A stretch of 63,961 bases of DNA, the filler included, from Rhabdomonas costata (lineage: Eukaryota), in the NCBI GenBank assembly GCA_019059605.1. It is 48 parts of 48 records of this genome, joined end to end, with 100 filler letters (N's around TTAATTAATTAA, not from the genome) between each part and the next. Parts side by side here need not be neighbours in the genome. Positions count along the whole stretch, not along the records: positions 37,376 to 38,610 come from JAHMHO010022532.1; positions 38,711 to 39,943 come from JAHMHO010022533.1; positions 40,044 to 41,277 come from JAHMHO010022534.1; positions 41,378 to 42,612 come from JAHMHO010022535.1; positions 42,713 to 43,947 come from JAHMHO010022536.1; positions 44,048 to 45,281 come from JAHMHO010022537.1; positions 45,382 to 46,616 come from JAHMHO010022538.1; positions 46,717 to 47,951 come from JAHMHO010022539.1; 40 more parts are not named here. One strand, written 5' to 3'. The translations under genes and the position numbers were made by a program. Below, one piece after another: positions 37,650-49,757 of this stretch. How positions within the stretch are numbered: the first letter of the stretch is position 1; each line of letters begins with the position of its first letter. The notes under the pieces were generated by a model. The model was not told the DNA's origin. It made no database searches and saw only the letters and a list, made by a program, of their open reading frames with translations.

Positions 37650-38610
37650 CTCTTCATCTAAGGTGTTGATGCTCTGAATGTTTGTGGACTCTGATGCTTC
37701 GCATCCGATGGGTACTGGTCGCAGTGATTCCTTGTAAGGGGTTGAGGGCGGAGGATTTGCACCTGGAGCCAAGGTAGTAGCCATAGTGTCGACTATGGCG
37801 GCTGATTTTTATGCGGGTCTGCGGGTATGCTGTTCGAGACCGTAGATGATGTCTTGGATATTGGGGCGTGTTGTGAACACGCTCGGTCGGTTTCATTGAA
37901 TTAAAGGGCCTATACTTTGGCGCAAAAGAAACGGCGATCGTGGCGCTCGTAGTTCCACGCCTGTCTGATAGTGGTAAGCAGGACTTTGGTTGCTAAGTGG
38001 TTTGGGTTGTGACCGCGGAGTCGCCGCTTGGTTGAGTGTGTGGCGGCTGTCCATGGAGGCTGAATTTCTGCTGATCTTTACCGTGACATCAGCGGATTCG
38101 GGTACGTGAGGCCAAGCTCTTGGCTGACTTCCCCACGGCGGCGCTTTGTTTCAAACTGTACGCTTCGGTACGCCAAGAGTGGTGGGACATTGTCGGTACT
38201 TTGCTAATCTCAAAATGTATGTTGTTGCTGTGCGCTTCGTGTGTCTAAGCTGCTCTCCGACAACACCATATCCCTCTTATCGTGGTGTTGCTTTGGTGGA
38301 GCTGGTGGTGGTAAAAACACACAATCCAAGGAAAGTTCAAACTTCCTGACTTCTTGGTGGATAGACTGCATCTTCTAGGTGACTTGTATGATTACTCCAC
38401 CACCGACAATGTATACGACGAACTACGGCTATTTTAATTTGAGCAAAAAAACACCTTTCAATTTGAAGTAGAGTCGTTTCTTCTCTATTAGTGCCAGGTT
38501 TCGACGGAGATAATCAACGTGTTCTTCGAATGTCTCCAAGAAACCAACAATTTCGTCAACTTAAATGTCGGTAAAGCATGTCATGTTGGCGAACGCGGTA
38601 TCCATGGTTC
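37650..38610 (-). mobile_element. Degenerate Ty3/gypsy LTR retrotransposon pol (RT to RNase H)
   Basis: CFTDI*VDEIVGFLETFEEHVDYLRRNLALIEKKRLYFKLK..F..YIVGGGVI fits YxDD...TFEEH...L..K..KC.F...LG..V...GI; many stops. Confidence 0.75.
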
Positions 38611-41506
38611 NNNNNNNNNNNNNNNNNNNNNNNNNNNNNNNNNNNNNNNNNNNNTTAATTAATTAANNNNNNNNNNNNNNNNNNNNNNNNNNNNNNNNNN
38701 NNNNNNNNNNCCCCCCCCCCCCGACTGCAGGTGCACCTTCTCCAAGTGCGTCACCGCTGACTGCAGGGAGCGCCACCCTTTCTTGCCGCTGGGGCAACCC
38801 GGGACTGGGCAGCTAAAGAGTGGGCGAGGGCTGGTGCCGCGCAGCGGGGGTATTGGGGTCTCCGGGTGAAGGCTGCAGCGCGACCACGTCCGCGAACGGG
38901 AGGCCTTCGGCGCAGGCCCAGGTACAGCCCGCCTTTATCCTTCGGGGGTGGGCTTCTCGGCAGAAAACACAACAGCAACAGAATACAGGGTCGCCCTCAG
39001 GGCGACCCCCACTTGCCCGCGGAACAAAAGCGGATGGGTGGAGGTCGAAAAATGATTACATTCAGTTTTGGAATTATCCAGATTTTTTTGAAAGTGCAAG
39101 TCAAAGGACAAATTTTGATCAAAAACCGTCACAACAAACAACAGGGCATGTCAGGACCTGGCCGCACAACCCGGGTGCCTATGTCTTAGCGAAAAAAAAA
39201 GCAACTACACAATCACACAAATCTCTTAAAATTAAGCAAAGAGAGATGCCTACCAGAGGCACAAGGCACCCATTTGAATGTAACTGCGAGGGCCGGAAGC
39301 CCTCGTTGGCGGCTCCAGTGACTAGCTCCGGATAAAATGCCTGCTTTTCTGAAAACGGAACCGACGCAACACTGGCATTCTGCGTTAAGCCATAAAACGG
39401 ATGAGCAGTTGGGGAGACGAGGCCACATATTTCTTCCTGAATCACTGTGCCCAGAGTTAAACATGAAGTAACATGGATGGACACTCGTGATACACGGCGG
39501 AGCAAACGACCACCCGAGGGCGGGGTGAAGCCACGAGAGGAAGGCTGCGGTAGAGAGCACCCCCTCGGCGCACCTTGAGACAGCTGAAGAGGGGTGACAG
39601 ACACTCCGACAAGCCAGCCACGCTACTGCAGGACACGATGGCCTCGATGAAGGGCTGCAGGGGGAGACGTAATACAATCCCACTCCCCACTTTCTAGCTT
39701 TTCTCGAAGCACCACTATGGACAAGGAAAAAAATAAAAAATAAGAATCCAAAAGACCACATGCTCCTGCTCCTGCAAAAATGCCCCCCAAAGAAAAAATC
39801 GAGGAAATCGAGTCTTCTTTTCGCATTTCGCCCCCTTTTTTCGGTCATTCATTTAAATTTTTTGACAGTACAGTTACAGTTCTTCCTCTTATCGCTGTTC
39901 TGGGGGGCCTACCTAGCCTCTACAGCCAACCCCCAACACCAAANNNNNNNNNNNNNNNNNNNNNNNNNNNNNNNNNNNNNNNNNNNNTTAATTAATTAAN
40001 NNNNNNNNNNNNNNNNNNNNNNNNNNNNNNNNNNNNNNNNNNNGGGGTTGGGGTGACTACAGCAGGAACTCGCCCCTCTGGTTCGCGGGTGTGGTGGGAG
40101 TGCTGGTGCGGTCATCAAAGGACAGCCGGCGGCGGACGCCCTGCCCCGAGAGGCTGTGTCAGGAAAAGGTGAGACCGTAGGGAAGACCGGACGACATGCA
40201 GTTTATTACAGTGTTGACATGCTTTCAATCGCAGACACCCTGTCAAGCTCTCTTCGCTCCCGGCCACAGCGGTGCTGGTTCACGAAGTGCTGCTGCCTCT
40301 TCCTACACTGGACGGCCTGGCCAAAGCATATATGCTGGCGCCTCCCGCGCTGATGTGGACCTTCGCCCGCCATTTGCGAATAACTCGCAAAAAGGGTTTT
40401 GACAACACACCCTCAAGAAACATGCGGTAAACAACCTCTTGCACGGCATTTCTCCCGCCCAACGTGAACACAAAAATGATGACTTCAGGGAGTAAAACAT
40501 GGGCGTTTCTTTAATGGCAAAAAAAAATCAATCCAATTCATTCCTGCGTCTGTGTCTTTCCTGCATCTCTCTTCTTCTGTTTGCATAACGGTTTACCGAG
40601 CTCACTCTGGCTTCATAGAATTGCAGCAGGATGAAGCTTATTGCTTTCAAGAACCCAAAAGTCAATTCAACCAAGGAAACGCAACCGTTGCTTTGCATTG
40701 CTTTGAGCCGGTTTCAAGCATGCATGAATGGTGCCTGCCGTTCAACTTTCTGTCTATAATTTATCGCTGTGTTGCCTTCTCATGGAAATTGAAAGGAAAC
40801 CCCGTTGCAGCGCAAAGTACACATTTTCCCGTTGATATCGTCAATTATGTCAGGTTTATATTGGAATTTCCGTTCCTGTTCAGATGAAAAGTCTGATCTG
40901 GTTTCGTTCGCTGACATTCTTCGCACAAAGATCACGGAGACATCCAAAAGGCTGTGTTCCACGCGAAAGCTTCTGCTTAGGATTCGAGTCACTGAGGATA
41001 AAGGACGCATTTGTGGAAACCAACAATTTGAGGACAACTTTGGGAGGACATATTCGAGCAAACTCCCGCCGCTTCAAGGATTTCGAAAAGTTTCGAAAAA
41101 TTTCAACTTCCAGCAAGGTCGACCATCCGATAACGCGTGCTTTTGTTCCTGACGACATGTCAAAGGAGACAGAAGCGGGGACATTGCTCGACATCGTTCT
41201 CAAACGCTGCCGATATACGCACATGATAGGGCTCTGGCACACACTACGCATATGATAAAAAATATGCTGGGCCCTGCNNNNNNNNNNNNNNNNNNNNNNN
41301 NNNNNNNNNNNNNNNNNNNNNTTAATTAATTAANNNNNNNNNNNNNNNNNNNNNNNNNNNNNNNNNNNNNNNNNNNNGGGTGGGTGTGTGCGCAGGAGCG
41401 GAAAGGCTCTCTATTTTTCTATCCACATTGTTCCCTATGGAGAATTCGGAGCATTAAAGCCATAAACTGCCTTACTTTTTCGCTTGTAAATAACATCTAC
41501 TGGCAG

Positions 41507-41806
41507 GCTGACCTGGAGGCTGTGGACCAGTCTGGCGACACGGCTCTGCACTTGGCCGCAGCCAACGGCCGCGGCGCCGTGGTGGAGCTTCTGCTACAGG
41601 CCCGGGCGAACGTCCGCGCGGTGGACGCCCACGGGGACACTGCCCTGCACTATGCCACTTACGCCGGCCACCCCTCCGTGGTCCTCAGGCTGCTTCGTGC
41701 CAAGGCCAGCCCCTGCACGGAGACAGGGACTAGCCCTTGCCTTCTCGCTGCCCAGCTCGACGCGGCCCAAAGGCACAGCTCAACGGGATACAGAAACATT
41801 TTTTGA
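41507..41806 (+). CDS. Ankyrin-repeat protein, probable last exon
   Basis: SGDTALHLAAANGRGAVVELLLQARANV and HGDTALHYATYAGH. Confidence 0.93.
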   Translation, partial: ADLEAVDQSGDTALHLAAANGRGAVVELLLQARANVRAVDAHGDTALHYATYAGHPSVVLRLLRAKASPCTETGTSPCLLAAQLDAAQRHSSTGYRNIF

Positions 41807-42712
41807 GAGCCGCGCAGGGCACTATTCAGCTGCCGGCTGGCTCAAGCCCTGCAAAGAGAGATGGGGTGCGGGTGCGCAGCCCGAGCCCAAGGCGCTCCGT
41901 TCTCTTGCACCCGTGTGTAGATAATGAGAGGGAGGTCGAGTTGCATGGAGGGCTTGTATCATCTCGTTTCGATTCGGCTTCTGGTCTCCATTGTCTCTCG
42001 TAGCTAGGAGGTCCACACAGATTAGCCGCTGCATATATCACGATCTTGTACAGTTACCATGTCATCCTCAGTTTCAATGGTTCGTGGCAAGCTCTCGTCT
42101 TCGGATCGAAACGTGAACCTATGTTGAACCTATGTGCCCGGAGGGCTGTGACATTTCCATGTGCTTTTTGCGGCGTGTGTGTGTGTGTGTGTGTGGCATC
42201 ATTCTGGGACCTTTATTGTCGTTAAGGGATTCGAAGGGGCCAAGGTCTATGTTGAAGCTCTTGGGATCCTGCCGAATAATAACGCCAAGGGGCCAGAGCT
42301 GAAAATTATGCGTCATTCCACATTTTAAGATTCTCAACGCATTGTTACCATTGGCTAGGTGAACCGCACATAGATGTGAACCCTCTCCTCCTCAGCAACA
42401 TATTGACGGTGCTGTCCTGCATTAGTCAAATTGAATTTACCGGCACCACATGACGGATCTCCTCCATGCATCTTTTCACGAACCGTTTTTTTTGCTGATA
42501 TTAGGTTTTCTGGGTGTAGTTGTATTTCTTTCAGTCAGCCCTCGGTGAAGAGTTTCTGCAAGTGCAAAATCCTCCGCGATTTGGTTGAGGTAAATTTTGT
42601 TGGGATTTGCAANNNNNNNNNNNNNNNNNNNNNNNNNNNNNNNNNNNNNNNNNNNNTTAATTAATTAANNNNNNNNNNNNNNNNNNNNNNNNNNNNNNNN
42701 NNNNNNNNNNNN

Positions 42713-43318
42713 TAACCCGACGTGTGGCAGCAGCAGCTACGCCTGCCCCAGCGGGTACTCCAGCAAGGACTCCTCCACCATCTGCGCGACACAGACGTGC
42801 ACCCAGTCGGACTGCTGCACGGGTGTGCGCCCTTAGCCCTTCCTTCTGCCTCCCTCCAGCGCCCCCCCCCCCCCCGCCTATCTCTCTTTATGGGCAGCCG
42901 TGGAATTTCGCTAGCCCGAACCAGGAGTGCCAGGCCGCAGCCGTTCTTCTCTCTTTCTCCCTGCCTTCTTCTGTCACTTCCTCCCTCCCAGTCTCACTTT
43001 GGTTCTCTGGCTGCCTTGGGTTTCATTGGAACCTGACATCCCTTCAACCCGGCGTCCCCATTCTCCTTGCACCGGCAGTGCCTTTTTGTATTTATCGGGA
43101 CGCCGTCGGTGGTTGATTGTTGCCAATATGGATCGCCATTTCCTGTTTTCGGTTGAGCTTTCGTTGTCTCTCATTGTTTTCATTGTGCTGCTGTTGCTTC
43201 CTGCGCCTAGAAGCTAACCCGACCTGTGGAGCTTACTCCTGCCCCTCGGGCTACACCCCGAAGGACTCCAGCGTGGTGTGCGTCTCCGCTACCTGCACCC
43301 AGTCGGAGTGCTGCATGG
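42713..43318 (+). CDS. Cys-rich repeat protein, probably surface or secreted; one module per exon (contig start to 42822, 43214-43318)
   Basis: NPTCGSSSYACPSGYSSKDSSTICATQTCTQSDCC and ANPTCGAYSCPSGYTPKDSSVVCVSATCTQSECC; phase-1 GT-AG boundaries. Confidence 0.85.
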
Positions 43319-43554
43319 GTGTGTGCCACGTCTCGCTCACTGCGTGTCAGTGCCTTCATCTATCGGTGAAATGATGCCTCGGGGGAGAGGGTGCCCGTAT
43401 ATTATGGGGTATTATAGCCATAAAACTATCTACAGTGCCATTATACCGATTTACCTACCAAAAATGTAGGGAAATCTTTTCTCCCGTAAATACCCAGGAG
43501 CGCAGCGGATTGGCCCAACCCATTATTATATACTATAGTATTATCAACAGCAAC

Positions 43555-43675
43555 AAGGCATGCCCGCGCGAACGGGGTGCCGATAGTAGCATCGGGACGG
43601 TGCACCCGGACTAAGGCTTGCGGGGTGCGCCGTCCCGATGCTATTATCGGCACCCCGTTTGTGCGGGCATGCCTT
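43555..43675 (+). other. 53-bp stem hairpin, probably intronic, at the core of a larger degenerate fold-back element
   Basis: Arms 43555-43607 and 43623-43675 with 4 mismatches, all G.U-compatible on the + strand. Confidence 0.85.
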
Positions 43676-45399
43676 TATACTATTATAGTATAATATCGTT
43701 ATACGAGGCATATAATGGTATTTTTATACGCTATAATATCATTATTTTTGAATTTCACGAACTATCTACTTTGGCAGTGTCAAAACACGAACACTTTTCC
43801 ACTTCATAGCGATTCGGAGGGCATACAATTTTGAGCATTTTTCTGTAGGATCCAGTGCGCGGAATGCGGGTGGTATTCTGAACTTGTGCGGATTCTGGAA
43901 TCCTTTGATGTTGGCCCAAGTATCATAAGTATCATGTATAAAGGCGCNNNNNNNNNNNNNNNNNNNNNNNNNNNNNNNNNNNNNNNNNNNNTTAATTAAT
44001 TAANNNNNNNNNNNNNNNNNNNNNNNNNNNNNNNNNNNNNNNNNNNNGGGCCTGGGTTAACGTGTGTGTGTTTTTCTCCAGAAAAATTCGTTGGCCGAAC
44101 GTTAGCCAATAGTTTCGGGTTGGTCGGGGCCTTTGCGGAACATTGCAGCCTCAGCGTTCGATTAGTAGATGAGAAGTTTGCGTATGCACTTATCTTGGTC
44201 CAACGACTGCGAGCATAGACAAGGAGGAGAATGAGAATGAGGGGCATGGCGCACGCCACTCCCCGCCGGAAAGAGTAAAGTGGACGGAACCCTGCCGCTC
44301 TCTCAAGCGCGGGACCTTCGGGTGGGGTTGCAGGGACGGAGGGGGGGGGTCGCGTGTCTCTCCGCAAAGAAGACGGGAGCTTACGTGTCCCGCTCTGCTG
44401 CCCCTCCCCCCCTCTTGTTTGCTTCATTCCTCTCCTTTGTCTCTTTTGTCGCTTAGAATGTTTCGTCCCATTCCACGACACACAGGGGGGAAACTGGAAC
44501 CCGTGGGGATAACTGCTGGGGCACGGACCACTCATCGGCCATCAGCTCGTTAGTCCGCAGATGCGCTCTGAGGGGGTCGTTGGAGATGAGATAGTTGGGC
44601 AGTTGGGCAGACCCCCCCCCATTCACCGACACGCTTGCTAGTGCCTTGAACTTTTCTTTCTTTTTCCTTCTTCACTGGGGGTCCCATTCTCTCCACCCCC
44701 TTCCCATTTTGCATAATTGCGTTTTCCTGTGAGTTCCCCTGCGGGGAGGCGGAAGCGAAGCGAGGGCCGAACGGTGTACACCTTGGGTATTCGTTTTCTG
44801 AGTCTGTTGCACACTGCTGGGTGGGGGGCGAGGCGCACAGCAGTCACCCTGTAAAAGGTGATGTTCTTTTGCTTCTGTTGGGTTGGCTGAAGGTGGGTGC
44901 ACTGGTCTCAGAAGCCGGTCTTTGGCCTGGGCTCTCGCCTTAACAGAGGTGCTGCCGTGAACCGTACAGTTGTGTTTGTAATTCTGAGCGACCCGCTGCC
45001 GTTCCCGATACCCGCTCAGAATGCTGATTGCTCTTCTTTCGGTGCCTGAGAATCTTCTCGTCGCGTGCAGCAGGAATTTTCCCTTCTGAAACCCACTTCT
45101 CCTTCCCTCCCTTCCTTTTGTTGGCACGTGGAGGCTTTCTATCACCACCCTGGTTTACATGCACGCCTAATCTCATAGTAAATTCTGTTCTCTTTTGTTG
45201 TGAAGGAATTGGGAGAACAGGTCTCTTCTTTTCCCATTTCCTTTTGCGCTTTTTCCAGAAGAGAGCACTGGTCCCACCACCNNNNNNNNNNNNNNNNNNN
45301 NNNNNNNNNNNNNNNNNNNNNNNNNTTAATTAATTAANNNNNNNNNNNNNNNNNNNNNNNNNNNNNNNNNNNNNNNNNNNNGTTGTTTTGGGATCCTCC

Positions 45400-46315
45400 C
45401 ACTCAAGTCGAAGATTGGGTCACCCACTATCCCCCCCTCGGTTGCGGACTCCTCCTGGGCTGTTCCAGGCGGCATCCAGCCAAAAGGGCTTCATGGGTAC
45501 ATTTTTTCTTTAGCCGAAGCGCTGTCCCACACAAGGCAAAGGCAACAGCACTGCGAGCTCGGGGCCGTAAGAGACCCAAGGAAGTTCACCACTGCTCGAC
45601 TCGCAGTGCTTGAACCTCACCCTCGGGCGTGTACGATGCGAGGCAGGGTCCATGAGGACCCAGGCGCGCAGTGCGACTACCCTTGGGGTGGGACAGGCGT
45701 TACCGGTCTACCGGTACTTCACGAGGAGGATCCCAATACGACTTGCAGACCTCCTCCCGTTTGGGTTGCTGCCCACCTTTTCCAGCTGGCTACAGGGCAT
45801 ATTCCTCAGAGTGCACTTTCTTGGGGTTCCCCACCAGGGATTGATGCCCGTGCTGCTCAAGGACCTCTAGGTTGGCATCATTGATGGCTCGACTAGCTGA
45901 AGTCCTACGCCGTCGAGAAACGGCTGATGGAGGCGAGACCTCCAAGCCAGTGGCTTTCTTGAGCTTCAGGTATCCTCCTGCTGATGCTGCGCAAACGGCA
46001 GGCCTTCCCTCCCGGGCTCACCACCGGTGGGCTCCCTGAACGACTAAACGCAAGCATTCCGGCCCATCTGGTGGAGATGCGGAAAAAACAAACCAAAGGC
46101 AAATGAGTGGACAGAACACTGTACACACTACCCGCACAAGCCCCTCTCAGGGTACCCAATTCGGCGATTCGGCAGTGGTAAGACAAGCTGTCAATCGGCC
46201 CGCCGTCGTGTCGGCCTGGGATCGGGCTGGGCTGGGATCCAGTTGCTTCTGCGGGTTCTGGCGTGGAAGATTACTCAGCAATACGGGCGAATACGAATCA
46301 GCTCAGGGAGAGTAA
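45400..46315 (+). mobile_element. Highly degenerate tyrosine-recombinase retroelement (RNase H then YR)
   Basis: QQHCELGAV resembles QQSAELYGV at about 52160. Downstream KQTKGK*VDR and RPAVVSAWDRAGLG...WRGRLLSNTGEY resemble the YR C-terminus RRGga....G...GRW.S...Y. Confidence 0.4.
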
Positions 46316-46998
46316 CTCTGCCCGATCCACGCCACCACCCCTCTCTACCCCATTTCCAAGCAATCCCGAAATGAGGGCCGGGGGTTTCCAAGCGCTGACT
46401 CCTCCTCCTCCTGAACGGCACTATTTTCGGCAGTGGTAAGACCCTGACCTAGGCACCCATGTTCACAAGCGTGAAGTGCAACTCGCATCCATAAATGTCC
46501 TTACCCTGAACCCCGTCAGTTCCCATGACGTGCTGTTTCGAAAGATCTGTCTTCCTCTGCGCGCTATGCGCAGTTCATCCACGCCCGCACCCCTGGCTGG
46601 ACTGTCCAACCACACANNNNNNNNNNNNNNNNNNNNNNNNNNNNNNNNNNNNNNNNNNNNTTAATTAATTAANNNNNNNNNNNNNNNNNNNNNNNNNNNN
46701 NNNNNNNNNNNNNNNNTTTTGCGTTTTCTCTTCTGTCCACTTCTGCCAACAAAAAAGCAACTTTATTCACTCTTGAGACGGAGATGGGGTTCCTGAATTA
46801 ATACTGACGTGACCATTTTGTAAATGGGAGAGAATATACGGCGAACAACATTATGTTGATTTGAGTGCAGCAAAATAAAAACGTTATTGTTCGCATTGTG
46901 TGAGGTGCAAAGTCGTCGGTGCATGCCGTGACATTGAGATGATGCTTCTGCACTTGAGACCCAGAGGTTGAGACCGAATGGGGGGGGCGATTTTACAG

Positions 46999-47352
46999 TG
47001 CTGGCGTCCAGCTCTCTGGATTGCACCATTCGCCTGTGGGACTTGCGACGGGGCGGCGGTGCTGCGGAAGTGCTGAGAGCTCAACCAAGTGCGGCACCCG
47101 TAACGGCACATATGCGCGTGAGTGCATGCGTTCACCACGACCGCTCTGCAAAGGATGCCCACTGCATCAGAGTTTGCAGGGGAATTGGTTTTTTGCGTTT
47201 GGGTCGCGGGAAGGTTTTGCTTAGGTGGGAGGAAAGGGGAGTGCGGGGATGAAGGTTTCCCTTTGTGACCTGTAACCGGTCTGTTTACTACAGTGAGCTT
47301 CTGGGGCCTCTGCTTCAACCCCACTGGCACAGCGCTGATCACGGGAGCTGAG
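46999..47352 (+). CDS. WD40 protein, ERCC8/CSA-like, two exons (46999 to about 47121, 47294-47352)
   Basis: LASSSLDCTIRLWDLRRG...TAH and SFWGLCFNPTGTALITG. The exact donor is uncertain. Confidence 0.75.
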
Positions 47353-48051
47353 GTGCGCTTGCCATTCTACGGGTTGTAGTTGAAGACAAAGGGGTATCGG
47401 GAGCGGGGGTTCACTGCTCTCTGTGTGAATTGATGTCAGATGGGGGAGGGTCCACCTCTCTGTGAGTTTCAATGGGCACACAAGTTGTGAGGTGAAGGTG
47501 TGCTCTGGCAAACAGCAACCACAAGCACAGGTGTTCGGGAAGCGTCTGGGGTGCAGCACCATAAAATTTACAAGGAACACAACTGCATGTGCTGCGTGGG
47601 GTCACCGAGGAAATTTACAAGAAGGAGAAATAGAACGGCAAAACAATGCGAACGACGAAACAAAACAAGGGGCACTATGTACAGTTCTAAACTTAAAATT
47701 GTATTCGTCAAAAAAAAAACCGACCGAAAATAAACCAGAGTCGGAGGCAGGGAAGGAAGAAGGAGGGGCGAAAATCAGGGGAAAACCAGGGATAGCTGGA
47801 CAAGAATCTAGGTGCAAAGGTAGGACGGAGAGGTGGGCGGAGTGCTGACTAAGTCGGATGACCGAAAAAGTAAAAAGAAGGATGGAAGGACGACAGCCTG
47901 ATTGCAGAGCCAGCAAGGTGAGAGGACAGGCACTCCACCAGACACCACACCNNNNNNNNNNNNNNNNNNNNNNNNNNNNNNNNNNNNNNNNNNNNTTAAT
48001 TAATTAANNNNNNNNNNNNNNNNNNNNNNNNNNNNNNNNNNNNNNNNNNNN

Positions 48052-48183
48052 GTGGTTGTGGTCCCAACTTTATCTTTTTCTTTTTGGCTCGCACGCGCAG
48101 GTTCGGGAGGGCCCGCTGGCGAAGTTTTTGTATTTGCTGACGTTCACCATTGAAGAAAAAGATAAAGTTGGGACCGCAACCGC
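48052..48183. repeat. Terminal inverted duplication of about 30 bp (probable fold-back)
   Basis: Arms at about 48052-48082 and 48153-48183; mismatches fall only in the terminal G/T tract. Confidence 0.8.
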
Positions 48184-48355
48184 CACAAAACAAGGAATGA
48201 GTCTGAATATCCTTTCAGGGCAGGGTGGACTTCAAGTGATTAAGTGGAAGTGTGTTTCTTGTCTTTTTTTCATGCTTTGATGACACGTTGTTGAAGGCAC
48301 CGCATGGGCCCTTTTGGGAGGGGGGGGTTGCTTTGTGGTTGCTTCTGATGCGTAG

Positions 48356-48852
48356 GGGGAGGAGGAGATTGAGGACGCCTGCCGGAGGGTTACTGCGGAG
48401 GTGCGGCAGGCCTCGGCCCAAGGCAAGTGTGCGATGGACATCCGCGCGCTGCCGCTGTACTCCTCCCTGCCCCCGCAGCTGCTGGGGCGGGTCTTCGAGC
48501 AGTTACCGCCCACCCCGCCCATCCGCAAGTGCATTGTGGCGACCAACGTCGCCGAGACTTCGATCACCATTGACGGTGCCGCTGGCGCCCTTGTGCCTCT
48601 GTTTCCCCTAGCCTGCCAGACATCTGCCAAACATCTGAAAATTCGCAGTGCTGCGTATCAATATTCTCCGTATGTCGCCTTCAGGGCTGGCATGATAACA
48701 GATTCCGGAACTCCACCTTCACATTACCATATGCTGGGTTTGTCTTTGCGGTGACAGCGACATGCGGTATCTGGTTTGGCGAAGTGTATTTATTTTCATC
48801 CCCATTCTCAGGTGTGGTCTACGTGATTGACCCTGGGTTTTCCAAGCAGAAG
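48356..48852 (+). CDS. DEAH-box RNA helicase, Prp43/DHX15-like; exons 48356-48575 and 48812-48852
   Basis: GEEEIEDACRR...LPLYSSLPP...[31 protein letters not shown], spliced in frame. Confidence 0.93.
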
Positions 48853-49638
48853 GTTCTCGTCCATGCAACCACTACTTCCTCCTCCTCCTCCTCCAGTCGT
48901 CATTCGCTGGCTCCCTTTGCATTATATTATACTTTGAGCACACTTGTGCAAATCCATAACGAAGGTGACCGATTCACACAGCCCTGTGTCTTTAGTTGCG
49001 CAGCACAGGATTTCGTTTGGTGGTGGAAATGGGTGCGGTCACTGCCGCACGTGTGACATTGTCGATTGGTCAGCATTTTGGAAGGATTTTTTTTGTGGGG
49101 GGAGGGGGAACAGAAAACTGGCTTAAATTTTTTTGCTCAAGTAACTGCAACCGTCACGTAAAATATGCCAGCACCCTCGACTGAAGGTGACATATCCTAA
49201 ACTTCGGCAAGACGTGAAGGGAATGTTGTTATTGCCCCAGATGGATGGATGTTCGGTGAGATGGGGGTTCACGGTGATGCCTCTTNNNNNNNNNNNNNNN
49301 NNNNNNNNNNNNNNNNNNNNNNNNNNNNNTTAATTAATTAANNNNNNNNNNNNNNNNNNNNNNNNNNNNNNNNNNNNNNNNNNNNTTTTGGGGTGTGTTG
49401 GAAGCGGGTCGGTGGAGGAGGCAGTGTGCGTCTGGGTGGGGGTCCCCGGTGGTGGTTGGGCACCTAGTCTCCTTCTCCCCAGCCATCACGAAGAAGTTTA
49501 CGTCCGACACCCGAGGTAATGCACAGACAGGCTGTTAATTTTTTGCACGAGTACAAAAGGGACGCCACGTATGTCTTTTTTTCCTATGTTAAGAATGTCT
49601 GCATCTCGCTTTTGCCGTTGGCTGCCTGCGCGTGGCAG

Positions 49639-49757
49639 GCGAGGGCGTAGACTCTCAAGCAGAACTTGCTTCGGAACCTCCACAACCTCCGAATGAGGCC
49701 GAGGACGAGGTGCCTACCGCTGAGCCTGACGAGGATCTTGACTCTCATTCTCACGAG
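49639..49757 (+). CDS. Acidic low-complexity exon, unknown protein
   Basis: GEGVDSQAELASEPPQPPNEAEDEVPTAEPDEDLDSHSHE between CAG and GT. Confidence 0.45.

Noticed and set aside
40884-41255. Possible transposase C-terminal fragment
   Set aside because: Several frames are open and no catalytic motif is identifiable.
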